This document shows positions 63,404-64,000 of a DNA stretch of 64,000 nt, in pieces. A model generated the notes under the pieces. That model was given only the letters and a program-made list of their open reading frames with translations, made no database searches and was not told where the DNA came from. This DNA comes from a virus (taxonomy: Duplodnaviria > Caudoviricetes), in IMG/VR virus record IMGVR_UViG_3300050034_000334, one strand, 5' to 3'. A program made the position numbers and the translations under genes. Within the stretch, counting starts at the first letter, position 1; every line of letters begins with the position of its first letter.

Positions 63404-64000
63404 TGCCTAGATTCATGTCAAGTCTCCTGAAGGACGCTGCCTCCAATGCTGTCATCAAAGAGGCACAGGCTCGGTTCGGCGGCAATCCTGATTTTCCGAA
63501 GGATGAGATCGGCGTCTCGCGCCTGTTTAGTCGTCTAGACAACCTGGTGCCCAAAGAAGTTCAGGCCTCTGGAATCGGCAAGCAGATCTACTTCTTCCTG
63601 CTCAAGTTGCTCTTCAAAGAAACTCCTCCCGGATTCGTTCTGGGAGAGGATGACTACAAAGTCAAGCCTCTGATCAAATCCTATTGCAACGCTCTAGACA
63701 AACAGCAGCTGGCTGCTCAAGATCGTAGTCTCGACAGATACCGCAACCTTGAGGAGCTAGAGACCACGCTGGAGGCTATCGAGGAGAAGAAGGTTCCCAA
63801 GCTGGAGGAAGGCAAGAAGTCCGTCTACACTCCACAAGAGGAAGCAATCATCAAGAAGGGATCGAAGATCATCTACGACAGCGGCGGCTGGACAGTTTAC
63901 AAGTGCCCACAGTCCTCTGCTCCGGATGTCCTGGCTGCTGTTAAGCTCCTTTGCGATAACCCTCGGCATCATGTTTCTTGGTGCGTGGGAAGAGGAGCGA
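63403..64000 (+). CDS. Hypothetical protein, truncated by window end (PcfJ-like WC motif possible)
   Basis: Open frame MPRFMSS...HVSWCVGRG. Confidence 0.6.
   Translation, partial: MPRFMSSLLKDAASNAVIKEAQARFGGNPDFPKDEIGVSRLFSRLDNLVPKEVQASGIGKQIYFFLLKLLFKETPPGFVLGEDDYKVKPLIKSYCNALDKQQLAAQDRSLDRYRNLEELETTLEAIEEKKVPKLEEGKKSVYTPQEEAIIKKGSKIIYDSGGWTVYKCPQSSAPDVLAAVKLLCDNPRHHVSWCVGRGA

Noticed and set aside
1-64000. CRISPR array
   Set aside because: No run of three or more regularly spaced repeats; the only exact tandem repeat (37108-37155) has two units and no spacer.
1-64000. Stop-codon reassignment or suppressor tRNA
   Set aside because: Long ORFs are intact under the standard code with all three stops used; no CTA, TTA or TCA anticodon was found.

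Overview
64 kb fragment of a large lytic dsDNA phage (jumbo-like, standard genetic code), probably infecting Acidobacteria (inferred from recalled protein resemblances, not searched). It carries replication/recombination genes (DnaX clamp loader, 5'-3' exonuclease, two Toprim primase-like proteins, SbcC/SMC C-terminal half, possible sliding clamp), a NusG paralogue, about 11 free-standing GIY-YIG/HNH/PD-(D/E)XK endonucleases, structural/adhesin genes, a GH28 pectinase-like gene, NADAR and macrodomain ADP-ribose erasers, a minimal ArgRS-like protein, an interrupted ABC-transporter cluster and two minus-strand tRNA arrays (11 + 7 tRNAs). Main discovery: each tRNA array is preceded by a short leader ORF built almost entirely from codons read by the tRNAs of that same array, followed by mutually exclusive antiterminator/terminator hairpins. 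This looks like a ribosome-mediated attenuator that would switch on the phage tRNA operon when those tRNAs are depleted. Each array also embeds a circularly permuted, anticodon-less tRNA-like RNA. A bipartite promoter-like motif (NTA[AC]CCG-N17-GTAGA[GTA]) recurs 15 times, often 6-7 nt before an ATG. All structures were folded and all motifs counted by eye; protein calls rest on recalled motifs.
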